Shown here piece after piece: positions 63,001 through 64,000 of a stretch of DNA of 64,000 nt (position 1 is the first letter of the stretch; each line of letters starts with the position of its first letter). Both the position numbers and the translations under genes were made by a program. The notes under the pieces are model-generated. The model was not told where the DNA came from and made no database searches. It saw only the letters and a list, made by a program, of their open reading frames with translations. Source of the DNA: a virus (taxonomy: Duplodnaviria; Caudoviricetes); IMG/VR virus record IMGVR_UViG_3300031760_000035, positions 1 to 64,000 of that record; one strand, written 5' to 3'.

Positions 63001-64000
63001 TTTCTGGATTGTGGAAATTGTGGTACTGATACCTGTAGCTGCCGCCTCGCTGCGTTGTCCAGTGGAAGCGATGGCAGCAGCCCAGCCGAGGACTTCCGGC
63101 GTGGTGAATCCAGCAACGTCGGCAACTGATGAAAGGCGCTGGGCAATCTGCATGATGGCAGACTCCTGTGCGGGCATGTGGTTGCCGAGGTCAACGAGCG
63201 CATCAGCGAAGCCCTGAACGTTTCCCTCGTCCAGGTCGCCCATGACGTTGACGATCTGGCCCATCTTCAAGGCGATCTCGTCAGCATCAATGTCGGTCGC
63301 CACGTCCAGGTTTGCGGCCACCTCTGAGAAATTCTGCAACGCGTCCGCTGAGATGCCGACCTGACCGGCGAGCGCTTCCATCTCAAGCATGGTGTCGGCG
63401 CTGGTCACGTGGGTCTGGCTGTACTTCATGGCCGCGTCGTAGAGCGCCTTGTACTGCTCCTCGGTGCCATCGACGGTCTTGCGCATGTCGCGGTATGCGG
63501 AGTCGATGTCATCGGAGGCTTGGACGATCTTCTGCCCAGCCTCGCGCATGAGGTCGCCAATCTCACTCGCTGCGTTTACGGCTGCGGTGGTGACGCCGGG
63601 GAATGACGAGCTTTCGAGCGTTTTCAGCTCGGTTTCGACATCCCTTACGGAGGTTTCCATCTCCTGTAGCTCGCTGCAAGCCTTGGCGGTGTCGAACCTG
63701 TCAAGCGCATCCTGTCTGGCGCGCTTCGCCTCGTCAAGCGCCTCCTCTAGCTTCGAGCACCTTTCAGCGGCCTCGTTCAGATCGTCGGGCATGCTGCCCT
63801 TGCCAGAGCCATCGACCTCAAGGAGCCGCTGGTAGTGCTTCTGGGCGTTGTCAAGCTCGCCCTCTAGCTTGCGCAAAGCCGCCTCGGACTCGGAGAACGC
63901 CTGCTTGGACTGCTCAAGCTCAAGCGTGACGTTGCCGATGCCGCTGGCTACCTTGTCGAACCCGGCATCCTTGTAGGAGGCAATCTTCTGCTTTAGCGTC
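60022..64000 (-). CDS. Tape measure protein (5' end beyond the window)
   Basis: >1280 aa, Ala-rich helical; IDSAYRDMRKTVDGT TP901-like core. Confidence 0.9.
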   Translation of the reverse strand, partial: TLKQKIASYKDAGFDKVASGIGNVTLELEQSKQAFSESEAALRKLEGELDNAQKHYQRLLEVDGSGKGSMPDDLNEAAERCSKLEEALDEAKRARQDALDRFDTAKACSELQEMETSVRDVETELKTLESSSFPGVTTAAVNAASEIGDLMREAGQKIVQASDDIDSAYRDMRKTVDGTEEQYKALYDAAMKYSQTHVTSADTMLEMEALAGQVGISADALQNFSEVAANLDVATDIDADEIALKMGQIVNVMGDLDEGNVQGFADALVDLGNHMPAQESAIMQIAQRLSSVADVAGFTTPEVLGWAAAIASTGQRSEAAATGISTTISTIQKAVSSGGDDLELFASTAHMSAEEFAASWRDRPTDALRAFIGGIDELGEDSLGRLEDLGIEGVRITQTLLGLSSTVENVDKAIDISQGAWDGFIDGTSGIGAAAEEAERKAKGFSGSLAKLENSAQVLAASFGPALVPYLDAGAAALNALTGFVNSLDDDTRSLAVGVGGLFAAFAVAQPIMTAFGGNFKTMITGSVGGAVKTFVNVKNGIGDLGAAFSLLANGDVATLGEAFATAEGGVSGFGAALSFMLTPVGATVTALGALAALVGGYYVSNMMEAKKHSDDYTEALLGIQSATKDLGRDLATSSKDIKGYGDEWSAARVKMDEYLDTVKNHTEANQSTRDSMNESLGMLSKYQEVIDNAVGKGDKFTGSVGELQWALDGLAEITGETYDINDVLAGSYKDAEGNAIDLKDAIDKLIESKKREAKLNALEDIYSETYKGQMESKLAVDQARKALSDYVDMKRDAAKESGAYTNEVQFTKALKDSDEGYQKRRQDLAELRTAYREYGEQLEMVSKEMSGVADASAYLDGSGYGVREGVMQTNRVMHEALESIMGLSDDGIRGLAQSLEWAGVSEEQFANMSGSAFKQLVDQAGGDIGTLVTLIAEYNDTDFEEKSANVTFDENGWAYINDVHVRWDESAGEWKPVTLKADSSGVSEGIDEAKGEAESAEASIDVTADTSEAEAQAAETKEKIESEPIEQTVTTKQDGDVSTATNGVPSETEVKVIVATDTSALDELNATLEQVQQERPVNVTVTADTSAAGGVIEALASIPEVKPVRIIAKQTGISAAAKNVKALADSAGKMNDTRASFTASGNAATSKTPANNIAALNNAAKGMSNKTASYSAVGNVVSSSTAADRIWNLVNAASNMKSKTITLTTNNVVTQTIRPGRSATGAYIPYDRMPKHAAGIFTRPTLTNIGWVGEDGAELYSGNSLVPLTNRKYSMPYINDISDAVAKKLGDQQQGPSISITVNGVSGPDETADAIERKLRLLGF

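Noticed and set aside
1-64000. Genome-wide UGA reassignment
   Set aside because: Many genes end in TGA with ATGA overlaps and long genes have no internal TGA; at most there is leaky read-through at two sites.

Overview
About 64 kb of a high-GC, large temperate tailed (siphovirus-like) phage. It appears to be in non-integrated form: the cro/cI/integrase/attP-like block sits mid-window with phage genes on both sides. The host is probably an Actinomycetota/Coriobacteriia-type organism (inference only). Layout: (1) 1-10.9 kb, a + strand early arm of small unknown ORFs under four operator-flanked promoters, with a divergent HTH gene; (2) 11-45 kb, a - strand operon containing RinA/ArpU-like activator, dUTPase, ThyX, tandem paralog arrays, DnaC-like ATPase, four DNA methyltransferase genes, a tnpB-only IS, Lar-like zinc ribbons, replication initiator, RecT/YqaJ, resolvase, Xis and Cro; (3) cI, tyrosine integrase, attP-like site and two tRNAs; (4) lysis, tail fibre, tail and tape-measure genes on the - strand, running off the window end. 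The strongest candidate system is a RAMP/Cas7-like gene (37807-38496) followed directly by a 511-nt, strictly phased (GGY-NN)n array. The array splits at GGCA into nine guide-like units and is followed by a terminator and a partner gene, which suggests a non-CRISPR RNA-guided system. Other highlights: poly-G tracts in all four methyltransferase genes (three frameshifted); an intein in the C5-MTase active site whose 3' end provides the start of an overlapping ORF; atypical tRNAs plus two in-frame UGA codons; and two long structured non-coding regions. All calls were made by eye from motifs; no database search was run.
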